Assembly (NCBI GenBank): GCA_027452025.1
Contig: DAIDHI010000080.1
Span: forward strand, 58-64,057
Origin: Elusimicrobiota bacterium
GTDB taxonomy: Bacteria; Elusimicrobiota; Elusimicrobia; UBA1565; UBA9628
Direction: 5' to 3'
Length of the DNA stretch: 64,000 nt
This document shows, piece by piece, positions 1-8,846 of this stretch (position 1 is its first letter; every line of letters begins with the position of its first letter). The notes under the pieces are model-generated. The model was not told the DNA's origin. It saw only the letters and a list, made by a program, of their open reading frames with translations, and searched no databases. The translations under genes and the position numbers were made by a program.

Positions 1-14
1 GCCGGCGAGGGCGA

Positions 15-470
15 CTACCCGCGGTGGGTGTCGAAGAAGAAGCGCAGGCCGACGACTCCCGTCCCGTCGACCCCGGCGTCAGGGGTCAAACGGAAGATGG
101 GGCCGGCCTCGACGAACGCCTGCACCGGATGCGCCGGGAGCCAATATTCGAGGCCGCCCACGGGCCGCAGCCCGAACTGGTCCTCGCGCAGCCGGAACCC
201 AAGCCCTCCATAGAGCCCGAAGGTTCCCTTGGGCGGCTTGGGCAAGATGTCCCAGGCATGCCACGTATAACCGGCGTGAAAGGACACTTCGCCGGCGCTG
301 TCGCCGAGTCCGGCGTCGAACGCCTGCGAAGGGCCGAGCCAGTATTGTCCCGTCACCCCGTCTTCCTCGCCCACTTCCACGCCCGCGCCCAGCTGCCCCG
401 CGTGCGGCTGAGCCGCGGCGGGAACGGCGGCGAGCGCGATCACGATTGCGGCTGCCAGTGTCTGCTTCAT
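15..470 (-). CDS. outer-membrane beta-barrel protein (OmpW/porin-like) with signal peptide
   Basis: Signal peptide MKQTLAAAIVIALAAVPAAA. Gly/aromatic-rich alternating beta-strand pattern. Phe-rich C-terminus. Confidence 0.5.
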   Translation of the reverse strand: MKQTLAAAIVIALAAVPAAAQPHAGQLGAGVEVGEEDGVTGQYWLGPSQAFDAGLGDSAGEVSFHAGYTWHAWDILPKPPKGTFGLYGGLGFRLREDQFGLRPVGGLEYWLPAHPVQAFVEAGPIFRLTPDAGVDGTGVVGLRFFFDTHRG

Positions 471-578
471 ATCGACGCGATCCTGCTAAAACAAAGAAGG
501 GCCGCACGTTGAGCCCCTCGTTCCGGGCAACCCTTCCCGTCCTCAGGATACCCGGCCGCGGCGCCCGCCGCCAGTCAA

Positions 579-3287
579 ATGGCGCTCAAATATCCATCGG
601 TTTCACATGTCGGCGCGCATTTGTTACACTGCAGCCCGGAGACCTTGATGGCCATTGCCCTGCCCAGCCGCGAGCGCCCAGCTTCCGCCGCCGCCAGCGC
701 CTCCGCGCAAGGCGAGCGTGAGATGCTCTCCTGCGCGTCGCTGACTCCCGAAGCGGCGCTGGCCAAACTCAGCTCCTCCGACAAGGGCATTGCGGCCTCC
801 GAGGCGGACGAGCGACGCGCGCGCTGCGGCGACAACTCCGTCGAGAAGGAGCACAAGGCCGGCCCGCTGAAAGACCTGCTCCACCGCTGCAGCAATCCTC
901 TCGTCGTCCAACTGCTCATCATCGCCGCCGTCTCCCTGGCCATGGGAGACCAGGCCTCTGCGGCCGTCGTCGGCCTCATGGTGGTGCTCAGCGTGGCCCT
1001 TTCCTATTTCCAGGAGCGCCGCTCGGGCAAAGCCGTGGAGCGGCTGATGGCCATGGTCAAGACCACCTGCACGGCCCTGCGCGACGGCAAGGAGACCGAG
1101 GTGGCGCTGACGGCGCTGGTGCCGGGCGACGTCGTCGTCCTGGCCGCGGGCTCCATCATCCCCGCCGATCTGCGCCTCATCTCCGCCAAGGACTTCTTCG
1201 TCAGCCAGGCCGCGCTGACCGGAGAATCGATGCCGGTCGAGAAAAACGCCGCGCCCTGCGACACGGCGGGCAAGACCGCGCTCGACTTGACCAACGCCGC
1301 CTTTCTCGGCAGCAACGTCCTCAGCGGAACGGCGCGGGGCGTCGTCGTCAACACGGGAACGCGCACGTATTTCGGCTCCATTTCCCGAAAGCTCGCCGCC
1401 CAGCGCACGCTGACCAGCTTCGACCGCGGCATCGCGGATTTCACCTGGCTGATGGTGCGCTTCATGGTCGTCATGGTCGCCGCCGTCTTCCTCATCGTCG
1501 GCGCGACGAAGGGCAACTGGATCGAGGCTCTGCTCTTCGGGCTCGCCGTCGCCGTCGGCCTGACCCCCGAGATGCTGCCGATGATCGTGACGGTCAACCT
1601 CTCGAAAGGCGCCATCGCGATGTCTCGCAAGAAAGTCATCGTCAAGCGCCTCAACTCCATCCAGAATTTCGGCGCGATGGACATCCTGTGCACGGACAAG
1701 ACCGGGACGATGACGCAGGACAAGATCGTCCTGGAGCGCCACGTCGACGTCACCAATCGCGAGAGCGCCGACGTGCTGCGCTACGCGTACATGAACAGCT
1801 ATTACCAGACGGGCCTGCGCAATCTCATCGACAAGGCCATCCTCGCGCACTCGGACCTCGACGTCGAGCGCACCTGCCGCAAGGTCGACGAGATTCCCTT
1901 CGATTTCCAGCGCCGGCGCATGTCGGTCATCATCGACTACGAAGGCGATCACGTGCTCATCTGCAAGGGAGCCGTGGAAGAGGTCTTCAACGCCTGCAGC
2001 CGCTACCAGGTCGACGATGAGATCTATCCGCTCATCGACATGCTCAAGCACGACCTTCTCGACGAGTATGAGGACCTCAGCGCCGACGGCTACCGGGTGC
2101 TCGCCGTGGCCTACCGGGAATTCCCGCGCAGCAAGGAGGTCTTCTCGGCGGGCGACGAGAGCGACTTGGTTCTCCTGGGCTACGTGGCCTTTTTCGACCC
2201 GCCGAAGGAATCGGCATCGGCCGCCCTCGAGGCCCTGCGCAAGGCCGGCGTGGCGACCAAGATCCTGACCGGCGACAACGCCCTCGTGACGCAGAAGATC
2301 TGCCGGGAAGTCGGCTTGCCGGTGGATCACATCGTCACGGGCAACGAGCTGCAGGGCCTCTCCGACGCCGAACTGACGGCCGCCGCGCAGAAAGCCAACG
2401 TCTTCGCGAGGCTCTCGCCGGCGCAGAAGGAAGACATCATCCGCGCCCTGCAGCGCGGCGGTCACGTCGTCGGCTTTTTGGGCGACGGCATCAACGACGC
2501 CCCCGCGATGAAGACGGCGGACGTCGGCATCTCCGTCGACACGGCCGTCGACGTAGCCAAGGAAGCCGCCGACATCATCCTGCTCAAGAAGAGCCTGCTC
2601 GTTCTCGACGACGGCATCATGGAAGGACGCAAGGTTTTCGGCAACATCATCAAGTACATCCGCATGGGCGCCAGTTCCAACTTCGGCAACATGTTCAGCA
2701 TGGTGGGCTCCAGCTACATTCTTCCCTTCCTGCCCATGGCCCCGATCCAGGTGCTCGTCAACAACCTGCTCTATGATTTCTCGCAAATCGGCATTCCCCT
2801 GGACCGCATCGACGACGAATATACGCAGAAGCCTCGCAAATGGGACATCGGGCTCATCAAGAAGTTCATGATCTGGATCGGGCCGACGAGCTCGGTCTTC
2901 GACTACACGACCTTCGCGATCATGCTGTATTTCTTCGGCTGCATCAAATGGTCGTCGGCGGCCGCCTCCCAAAAGGTCTACTTCGAGAGCTTGTTCCACA
3001 CCGGCTGGTTCGTGGAGTCTCTGCTCACGCAGACGATGATCGTGCACATCATCCGCACCAAGAAGATCCCGTTCCTGCAGAGCGCGGCGAGCCCCGCCTT
3101 GATCCTGACCACCGTCGCCGTGATGGCCGCGGCCTGTCTTCTGCCCTATTCGCCGCTGGCCCATCCGCTCGGGCTCGTCGCCCTGCCTTGGACGTTCTGG
3201 CCCTGGATGGTCGTGACGATCCTGGCCTACTCGCTGCTGACGCATTTCGTCAAGATGAAGTATTTCGCCTACTTCGGGGCGGACTAA
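579..3287 (+). CDS. mgtA: magnesium-translocating P-type ATPase
   Basis: DKTGTMTQDKIV phosphorylation motif, TGDNALV, GDGINDAPAMKTADVGIS and 10 TM segments. Length about 900 aa. True start may be the internal Met at 648. Confidence 0.9.
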   Translation: MALKYPSVSHVGAHLLHCSPETLMAIALPSRERPASAAASASAQGEREMLSCASLTPEAALAKLSSSDKGIAASEADERRARCGDNSVEKEHKAGPLKDLLHRCSNPLVVQLLIIAAVSLAMGDQASAAVVGLMVVLSVALSYFQERRSGKAVERLMAMVKTTCTALRDGKETEVALTALVPGDVVVLAAGSIIPADLRLISAKDFFVSQAALTGESMPVEKNAAPCDTAGKTALDLTNAAFLGSNVLSGTARGVVVNTGTRTYFGSISRKLAAQRTLTSFDRGIADFTWLMVRFMVVMVAAVFLIVGATKGNWIEALLFGLAVAVGLTPEMLPMIVTVNLSKGAIAMSRKKVIVKRLNSIQNFGAMDILCTDKTGTMTQDKIVLERHVDVTNRESADVLRYAYMNSYYQTGLRNLIDKAILAHSDLDVERTCRKVDEIPFDFQRRRMSVIIDYEGDHVLICKGAVEEVFNACSRYQVDDEIYPLIDMLKHDLLDEYEDLSADGYRVLAVAYREFPRSKEVFSAGDESDLVLLGYVAFFDPPKESASAALEALRKAGVATKILTGDNALVTQKICREVGLPVDHIVTGNELQGLSDAELTAAAQKANVFARLSPAQKEDIIRALQRGGHVVGFLGDGINDAPAMKTADVGISVDTAVDVAKEAADIILLKKSLLVLDDGIMEGRKVFGNIIKYIRMGASSNFGNMFSMVGSSYILPFLPMAPIQVLVNNLLYDFSQIGIPLDRIDDEYTQKPRKWDIGLIKKFMIWIGPTSSVFDYTTFAIMLYFFGCIKWSSAAASQKVYFESLFHTGWFVESLLTQTMIVHIIRTKKIPFLQSAASPALILTTVAVMAAACLLPYSPLAHPLGLVALPWTFWPWMVVTILAYSLLTHFVKMKYFAYFGAD

Positions 3288-3299
3288 AAGGCCCAAGCC

Positions 3300-4082
3300 A
3301 TGAAAAGCATGCTCAACGCCCTGCAGGAGGGACGGCTCATCGAGCTGCCCGACACGGACAAGGAGAAGTCGCTCAAGCTCCTGGCCCACCTCATCGAGGC
3401 CATCCCCGATCTCGGAGGCAATCCTGAGCTTGAGGAAGCGATGCTGGCGCGCGAGCGGGTCCAAAACACGGCCCTGGGCGTCGGCGTCGCCTGCCCGCAC
3501 GTGCGGGCGGCCTCCGGCTCCGGCGGAGAGCTGCTTTGCGCCGTGGGCTGGACGCCGGCCGGCATCGATTACGGCGCCCCCGACGGCAAGAAGGTCCACC
3601 TCGTCGTCATGTACTATATCCCCGACTCGCAGAAAGGGACCTATCTCAAGGAAGTGTCGGCGCTGGCCAACGCCATCCGCAAGGAAGGAGGCATACAATC
3701 CATCGCCTCCGCCGAGGACCTGGGCTCCGTGCGCGAGCGCCTGCTCGACTGGGTGCAGGCCGCCATCGACGCGAGCGTCCCGGAGGCCAAGGCGCGCATG
3801 ATCCGGCTGGAGGCGCGCCAAGCGGCGGTGGAAGCCGCCCCGTCCGGCGCGCCGGGCGCCGTCCAGGTCCTGCCCCTGACCGTGGTCACGCTGCCCGAGC
3901 GCCATATCGTGCTGTGCGCCAACCGCGAGCTCGCCGAGTTGCTCGAGCGAGACGAGACCCTGCCCGCCGCCCTCAAGGCGAAGACGCAATTCAACCGCGG
4001 CGGCTATCAGCTGGTTTTTCGCTGCGCGGCGGACTTCGACTCGCGTTCGCTCTACGAGTATCTGGCGGTCAAGGCGGGATGA
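3300..4082 (+). CDS. PTS EIIA (fructose/nitrogen type 2, PtsN-like) domain protein with C-terminal extension
   Basis: N-terminal about 150 aa with ALGVGVACPHVR active-site-His region typical of EIIA-Ntr/Fru. Extra about 110-aa C-terminal domain of unknown function. Confidence 0.6.
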   Translation: MKSMLNALQEGRLIELPDTDKEKSLKLLAHLIEAIPDLGGNPELEEAMLARERVQNTALGVGVACPHVRAASGSGGELLCAVGWTPAGIDYGAPDGKKVHLVVMYYIPDSQKGTYLKEVSALANAIRKEGGIQSIASAEDLGSVRERLLDWVQAAIDASVPEAKARMIRLEARQAAVEAAPSGAPGAVQVLPLTVVTLPERHIVLCANRELAELLERDETLPAALKAKTQFNRGGYQLVFRCAADFDSRSLYEYLAVKAG

Positions 4083-4133
4083 CCCCCCAGCCGCGGCGGC
4101 GAACTCCCCGGCGCGCCAGCGCCGGCCGAGGTC

Positions 4134-4862
4134 TCATTTCCTCCTGCCCATGATGCGCAGGATATCGAGAAAGAGGTTGATGAAATCCAAGTACAGGGTC
4201 AGCGCGCCGAGCACGGCCTCCTTGCGCTCCTGGTCGCTTCCGGGCACGGCGATGAGCTCCATCTGCCGGATCTTCTGCGTGTCGTAGGCGGTTAAGCCTA
4301 CGAAGACCAGCACGCCGATGTAGGTCGTCGCCCAGCCAAGGGCTCGGCTATGCAGGAAGAAGTTCACCACCGAAGCGATGATGATACCGATGAGGGCCAT
4401 CAAGCAGAGGTTTCCCACCCTGGTGAGGTCGGTCTGCGTCGCGTAGCCATACGCGCTCATCACCGCGAAGGTACCCGCCGTGACGAAGAAGGCGGAAGCA
4501 ATCGTGGATTGGGCGTAGGCCAGGAAGATCACGGACATGGTCACGCCGTTGAGCGCGGAGTAGAAGAGGAATAGGCCCGCGGCCGCCGAGGCGGAAAGCC
4601 TGTTGACCAGCCAGACCAAGCCGACCACCATGAGCAGCTCGACGCCCAAAAGGCCGAAAAAGAGGACTTGATCCCGGAGGATCATTGGAGCCAGGATCGG
4701 ATTGACTCCTATATAGGCGGCGACAGCGCCGGTGAGCGCGAGTCCTCCGGTCATCCAGCCGAAAACCTCGGCGAAGAAGCGGCGGTTCTCGGCGCTGTCG
4801 TGAGCCTGCAGGCCGGAACGGGCGTCTCTGAGCACGGCGGCGGCGTTGGCGGCGGCGTTTTC
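4134..4862 (-). CDS. Bax inhibitor-1/YccA family membrane protein
   Basis: 7-TM profile with FFAEVFGWMTGGLALTGAVAAY and YLDFINLFLDILRIMG C-terminal motif. Start taken at internal Met (MENAAANAAA) rather than the track's upstream start. Confidence 0.8.
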   Translation of the reverse strand, partial: ENAAANAAAVLRDARSGLQAHDSAENRRFFAEVFGWMTGGLALTGAVAAYIGVNPILAPMILRDQVLFFGLLGVELLMVVGLVWLVNRLSASAAAGLFLFYSALNGVTMSVIFLAYAQSTIASAFFVTAGTFAVMSAYGYATQTDLTRVGNLCLMALIGIIIASVVNFFLHSRALGWATTYIGVLVFVGLTAYDTQKIRQMELIAVPGSDQERKEAVLGALTLYLDFINLFLDILRIMGRRK

Positions 4863-4913
4863 CATGCCGCCAGTGTGGCCCCGAAGCCGCAGTGCGTCAA
4901 GGGCGGCTAAGCC

Positions 4914-4942
4914 TTGACAGCACCAGGCCCCCCTGTTATATA
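4914..4942 (+). promoter_or_regulatory. sigma70-like promoter (TTGACA-N17-TATATA) upstream of amidase gene
   Basis: TTGACA at 4914-4919, 17-nt spacer, TATATA at 4937-4942. ATG of the downstream CDS at 4959. Confidence 0.4.
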
Positions 4943-4958
4943 TGGAAAGCCGCCGCGC

Positions 4959-5666
4959 ATGAAAAATACGATCCTCGCCATCAGCCTGCTGTCGGTCTGC
5001 GCGCCGCTGCGCGCGCAGTTGCTCGTGCTCGATCCGGGCCACGGCGGCCACGATCTCGGGGCCGTCGTGCGCGGGCGCTACGAGAAGCGGCTCACGCTGG
5101 AGATCGCCCAAAAGCTCAAGGAAAAGCTAGAAAAAGAGGGGGCGTCGGTGGCGCTGACCCGCGATCACGACGTCTATCTGCCGCTCGACGAGCGCGTGAA
5201 TCTGGGCGAGCGCGGCGCCGCCTTCATCTCGCTGCATCTCAACGACGTGCGCTCGCGGCGCGAGCGCGGCATCACGGTCTACGCCTTCGGCCGCGACCGG
5301 CGCCGCATCCCGCGCCGCCGGCACCGATACGCCATCCCGCCGCTTCCCGCTCCGCCCATGCAGCAGCGGCGCCAGAGCGCGCGCCTGGCCGCCGCGTTCG
5401 TCGGCACGCTGCGCAGCCGAGGCTTCCGCGTCGACCCTCCGGCTCGCGCGGGCTTTTACGTGCTCAAGAATCCGGACGTTCCGAGCGTCCTCATCGAACT
5501 GGGCTACCTGAGCAACCCGCGGGAAGCGGCGCGCTTGGAAAGCCCCGCGTATCAGGACCGCCTGGCCGACGCCCTTGCCGCGAGCCTCAGGCGTTATTTC
5601 GGACCATTTGCCGGCTCCACGCTGCAGGCGAAAGCCTCCGCCCTCAGCGCCGGCCGCTTGCGTTGA
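4959..5666 (+). CDS. N-acetylmuramoyl-L-alanine amidase (Amidase_3 family)
   Basis: Signal peptide MKNTILAISLLSVCA, then LVLDPGHGGHDLGAV and ISLHLNDVRSRRERGITVY motifs typical of AmiC-like amidases. Start moved to MKNT. Confidence 0.75.
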   Translation: MKNTILAISLLSVCAPLRAQLLVLDPGHGGHDLGAVVRGRYEKRLTLEIAQKLKEKLEKEGASVALTRDHDVYLPLDERVNLGERGAAFISLHLNDVRSRRERGITVYAFGRDRRRIPRRRHRYAIPPLPAPPMQQRRQSARLAAAFVGTLRSRGFRVDPPARAGFYVLKNPDVPSVLIELGYLSNPREAARLESPAYQDRLADALAASLRRYFGPFAGSTLQAKASALSAGRLR

Positions 5667-5678
5667 CCGGAGATCGCC

Positions 5679-6074
5679 ATGCGAAGACTCCTTTTCGCCT
5701 TCTTCGCCTTGTCCGCCCTCGTCTCGGCGCGCCTCTTCGGCGGCCCGATGGACGGCACCGTCTGGGACGTCAAGGTCAAGCCCGACTCCTTTTTCGCGAT
5801 GTCGCATCGCGGCACTCTGATGTTCGCGCGAGGACGCCTCAGCGTAGCCACGGCCGCGTCGCCCGACTTCCAGCCCGGCTACTATACCGCGCAATCGGTC
5901 GACGGCACCACGGCCGACGCGGTCTGGAACGCCTCCCTTAAAGAGCCGGATCAAGGCGTCATGAACTGGCATGGGCTCGTCCGCGGAGATCGCATCGAGG
6001 GCTTCGCGGTCTGGTGGACTAGGTCGGGGAAAGCCCGGCGCTTCAGCTTCACCGGCTCTCGACGCGAAGGCTAG
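5679..6074 (+). CDS. hypothetical secreted protein
   Basis: Signal peptide [17 protein letters not shown]. No recognisable domain. Confidence 0.45.
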   Translation: MRRLLFAFFALSALVSARLFGGPMDGTVWDVKVKPDSFFAMSHRGTLMFARGRLSVATAASPDFQPGYYTAQSVDGTTADAVWNASLKEPDQGVMNWHGLVRGDRIEGFAVWWTRSGKARRFSFTGSRREG

Positions 6075-6631
6075 TGCTGCTGGCGTTCTACAAGCCCTAC
6101 GGCGTGGTGTCTCAGTTCACTCCTCTGGCGGGACATCCCACCCTCGCCGGCTTCGGCCTGCCCAAGGGCGTCTACCCCTGCGGCCGCCTCGACCGCGACA
6201 GCGAAGGCCTGCTGCTGCTCACCGACGACGGGGCCCTCCAGCATCGGCTCAGCGACCCGAGATTCGGCCAAGCGCGGACCTACTGGGCCCAGGTGGAGGG
6301 GGCGGCGCAGGAAGCGGCGCTCGCCAGGCTGCGGCGAGGGCCCCGGCTTTCCGATGGCCCGACTAGGCCGTGCGAGGCCCGGAGGCTTTCGGCGGAGCCC
6401 GATCTTGCGCCGCGCGATCCGCCGATCCGCTACAGAAGGACGGTCGCCACTTCGTGGCTCGAGATCACGCTGACCGAAGGCCGCAACCGCCAGGTGCGGC
6501 GTATGACGGCCGCCGTCGGCCTGCCTACCCTGCGCCTGGTACGCGTGCGCCACGGCGGCGCCGGGCTCGAAGGGCTCGCGCCCGGAGAGTGGCGGCCGGT
6601 CCGTCCAGACACTGTCACGCGTTCGCGCTAG
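6074..6631 (+). CDS. rluE: rRNA pseudouridine synthase (RsuA/RluE family)
   Basis: [22 protein letters not shown] catalytic Asp motif and NRQVRRM motif. GTG start overlapping the upstream stop (taGTG). Confidence 0.8.
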   Translation: MLLAFYKPYGVVSQFTPLAGHPTLAGFGLPKGVYPCGRLDRDSEGLLLLTDDGALQHRLSDPRFGQARTYWAQVEGAAQEAALARLRRGPRLSDGPTRPCEARRLSAEPDLAPRDPPIRYRRTVATSWLEITLTEGRNRQVRRMTAAVGLPTLRLVRVRHGGAGLEGLAPGEWRPVRPDTVTRSR

Positions 6632-6824
6632 GCCGGGTACGACGCCTTTGTTAGCATCGCGCCATGTCCAACCGGGAATTTTTCTTCGTGGCGACGATGA
6701 CCCTGGGCCTGGCCTTCGCCAATCTCATGGGCCCGCATTGGCTGGTCCGCAAATTCGCGCCTGACGGCAGCTTCATCCTCTGGAAGGTGGTGCCGCGCCC
6801 GACCCTCCCCCGCCGGCGCCAACC

Positions 6825-7262
6825 TCAGACGCCGATGTCCTCGTTCCAGAGACGCGGATTGGAAGCGATGAAGCCGCGCATCAAGCCGATGCAAGCTTCG
6901 TCGCCGAGATCGACGATCTGGGCGCCTTGGGCGCGCAGCCAATGAGGCGCGCCGGCGAAATTCACCGACTCGCCGACGACGACCTTCGGGATGCGGAACT
7001 GCACGACGGCCCCGGAACACAGGTAGCAGGGCATCAGGGTCGAATACAGCACGGTCCCTTCATAGCGGCCGACGCGTCCGGCCTGGCGCAGGCAGTCGAT
7101 CTCGGCGTGGGCCATGGGGTCTCCCTGCTGGACGCGCCGATTGCGGCCCCGGCCGATGATGCGCCCGTCCTTGACCAGCACCGAGCCGATCGGAATGCCG
7201 CCTTCCTGGAGGCCCTGGCGAGCCTCGTCGAGAGCCGCTCGCAGAAAGACGTCGTGTTCCAT
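6825..7262 (-). CDS. nucleoside/nucleotide deaminase (CDA/TadA zinc-deaminase fold)
   Basis: HAEIDCL and PCYLCSGAV zinc-ligand motifs (H-A-E ... P-C-x-x-C). Confidence 0.75.
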   Translation of the reverse strand: MEHDVFLRAALDEARQGLQEGGIPIGSVLVKDGRIIGRGRNRRVQQGDPMAHAEIDCLRQAGRVGRYEGTVLYSTLMPCYLCSGAVVQFRIPKVVVGESVNFAGAPHWLRAQGAQIVDLGDEACIGLMRGFIASNPRLWNEDIGV

Positions 7263-7304
7263 GGCGATATGATATGATCTTTGCCGCTATATAAGGAGAG
7301 ATCA

Positions 7305-8012
7305 ATGAGAATGACCGCCGCCGTCGTCGCCCTCTTGCTCGGCTCGCAGGCCTTCGCCGACGCCGCCCCCGCGAAGAAGTCGTCGTCGACGGGGACGTCC
7401 TCGTCGATGAGCGCGGACCAGAAGACATTCTACGCCCTCGGCATGGCGTTGGCCGATAATCTGAAGGTGTTCAGCCTGACGCGCCCGGAAGTCAAGCTCG
7501 TGGAACGAGGCCTGGAAGACGCCACGCTGGGCCGGCCGACCTCGGTGACCCTGCAGGAATACGGTCCAAAGATCCGGGCCTTGGCGGAGCAGCGCATGGC
7601 TGCCCAGGCGAAGAAAGAAAAGGCGCGCGACGCCGCGTTCGCGACCAACGTCCTCAAGGAACCGGGCGCCAAGACGTATCCTTCGGGCCTGATCATGATC
7701 GTGCTCAAGCCCGGCAAGGGGCCCTCGCCCAAGGCGACGGACACCGTCAAGGTGGACTACGAAGGCAAGCTCACCAACGGCAAAGTCTTCGACAGCTCGA
7801 TTGCCCGCGGCCAGCCCGCGGAATTCCCGCTCAACGCCGTCATCCCGTGCTGGACGGAAGCCGTCCAGAAGATGAAGGTCGGAGAGACGGCCCGACTGAT
7901 CTGCCCGTCGAAGATCGCCTACGGCGACGAGGGCCGGCCGCCTCAGATTCCGGGCGGCGCGACGCTGGACTTTAAGGTCACCCTGCTCTCCATCGTCAAC
8001 AAGAAGCCCTGA
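7305..8012 (+). CDS. FKBP-type peptidyl-prolyl cis-trans isomerase (FkpA-like, periplasmic)
   Basis: Signal peptide MRMTAAVVALLLGSQAFA. C-terminal FKBP domain VKVDYEGKLTNGKVFDSS...GATLDFKVTLLSI. Confidence 0.85.
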   Translation: MRMTAAVVALLLGSQAFADAAPAKKSSSTGTSSSMSADQKTFYALGMALADNLKVFSLTRPEVKLVERGLEDATLGRPTSVTLQEYGPKIRALAEQRMAAQAKKEKARDAAFATNVLKEPGAKTYPSGLIMIVLKPGKGPSPKATDTVKVDYEGKLTNGKVFDSSIARGQPAEFPLNAVIPCWTEAVQKMKVGETARLICPSKIAYGDEGRPPQIPGGATLDFKVTLLSIVNKKP

Positions 8013-8015
8013 CGA

Positions 8016-8381
8016 TCAGCCGCGCCGGCGCCGGTGCTGGCGCAAAAGGCAATCGTCGGATACGACGAGGAGGCCCGCTTTGCGGGCGCGCTCTTCGCCG
8101 GCCGGGTGCGTGATCCCGTCTTGCAGCCAAAGCGCCTTCGCCTTGATCTTGATGGCCTCGTCGATCACGGGACCCACGACCTCGGGGTTGCGAAAGACAT
8201 CGACGACGTCGACGGGAAACGGGATCGCCGACAGGCTCGGATAGCACGTCTGCCCCAGCAATTCCTCGTGCCCGGGATTGACGGGAACCACGCGGTAGCC
8301 CCGCTCCTGCAGGTAGGCGGCCACGTAGTGGCCGGGACGGTCGGGCTTGGGCGAGCAGCCCACGACGGCGATGGTCTTCAT
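8016..8381 (-). CDS. CoA-binding domain protein (YccU-like)
   Basis: MKTIAVVGCSPKPDRPGHYVAAYLQERGYRVVPVNP Rossmann-like CoA-binding signature. Start moved to the internal Met. Confidence 0.7.
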   Translation of the reverse strand: MKTIAVVGCSPKPDRPGHYVAAYLQERGYRVVPVNPGHEELLGQTCYPSLSAIPFPVDVVDVFRNPEVVGPVIDEAIKIKAKALWLQDGITHPAGEERARKAGLLVVSDDCLLRQHRRRRG

Positions 8382-8452
8382 CGCCAGAATCCGATCGACG
8401 ACGTCGGCCGGCGCGCCTCCGGGCGTCAACCGGCAGGCGGAGCCGTCGGCCA

Positions 8453-8830
8453 CTAGGCGCGGTACGCTTCGACCTGGACTTCGCCGTCCTCGATCTGGAC
8501 GTGCACGGAGACGACGCGCGAGCAGACCTCGCAATCCTCGTACATCGTCTGCCCGTCGGATTCCGACGTGACATGGACCTCGAAAGTCTCCCCGCAATAG
8601 GGGCACTCGACTTCGGCGTCCTCGTCGATGGCCGGCGTCTCCGGTGCGGCCGTGACCTCGGTCAAAACGGCTTCCAGGACCTTGGCCTGCCGGCTTTCCT
8701 CCCGCTCCTCCGCCGGCTCGGCGGTCCGGGCGGAAGCCGCCTTCCTGCGAACGGCTGGCCTCTTCGCGTGACTCGGCTTGGCTTTCACAAGCAATATATA
8801 CCCCCCACCTTTTTCCCGCGCAAGACCCAA
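8453..8830 (-). CDS. CPXCG-motif cysteine-rich small protein
   Basis: CPYCGETFEVHV...CEVCSRVV zinc-ribbon-like pair. Confidence 0.5.
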   Translation of the reverse strand: MGLAREKGGGYILLVKAKPSHAKRPAVRRKAASARTAEPAEEREESRQAKVLEAVLTEVTAAPETPAIDEDAEVECPYCGETFEVHVTSESDGQTMYEDCEVCSRVVSVHVQIEDGEVQVEAYRA

Positions 8831-8846
8831 AACTCCTGGGACCAGC

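Noticed and set aside
471-578. Possible Mg2+ (M-box) riboswitch leader for mgtA
   Set aside because: Leader is only about 100 nt. I could not find M-box conserved segments.
624-3989. 1121-aa minus-strand ORF antisense to mgtA/EIIA
   Set aside because: Arg/Gly/Asp-rich low-complexity translation typical of the reverse frame of high-GC coding DNA. The plus-strand genes have clear conserved motifs.
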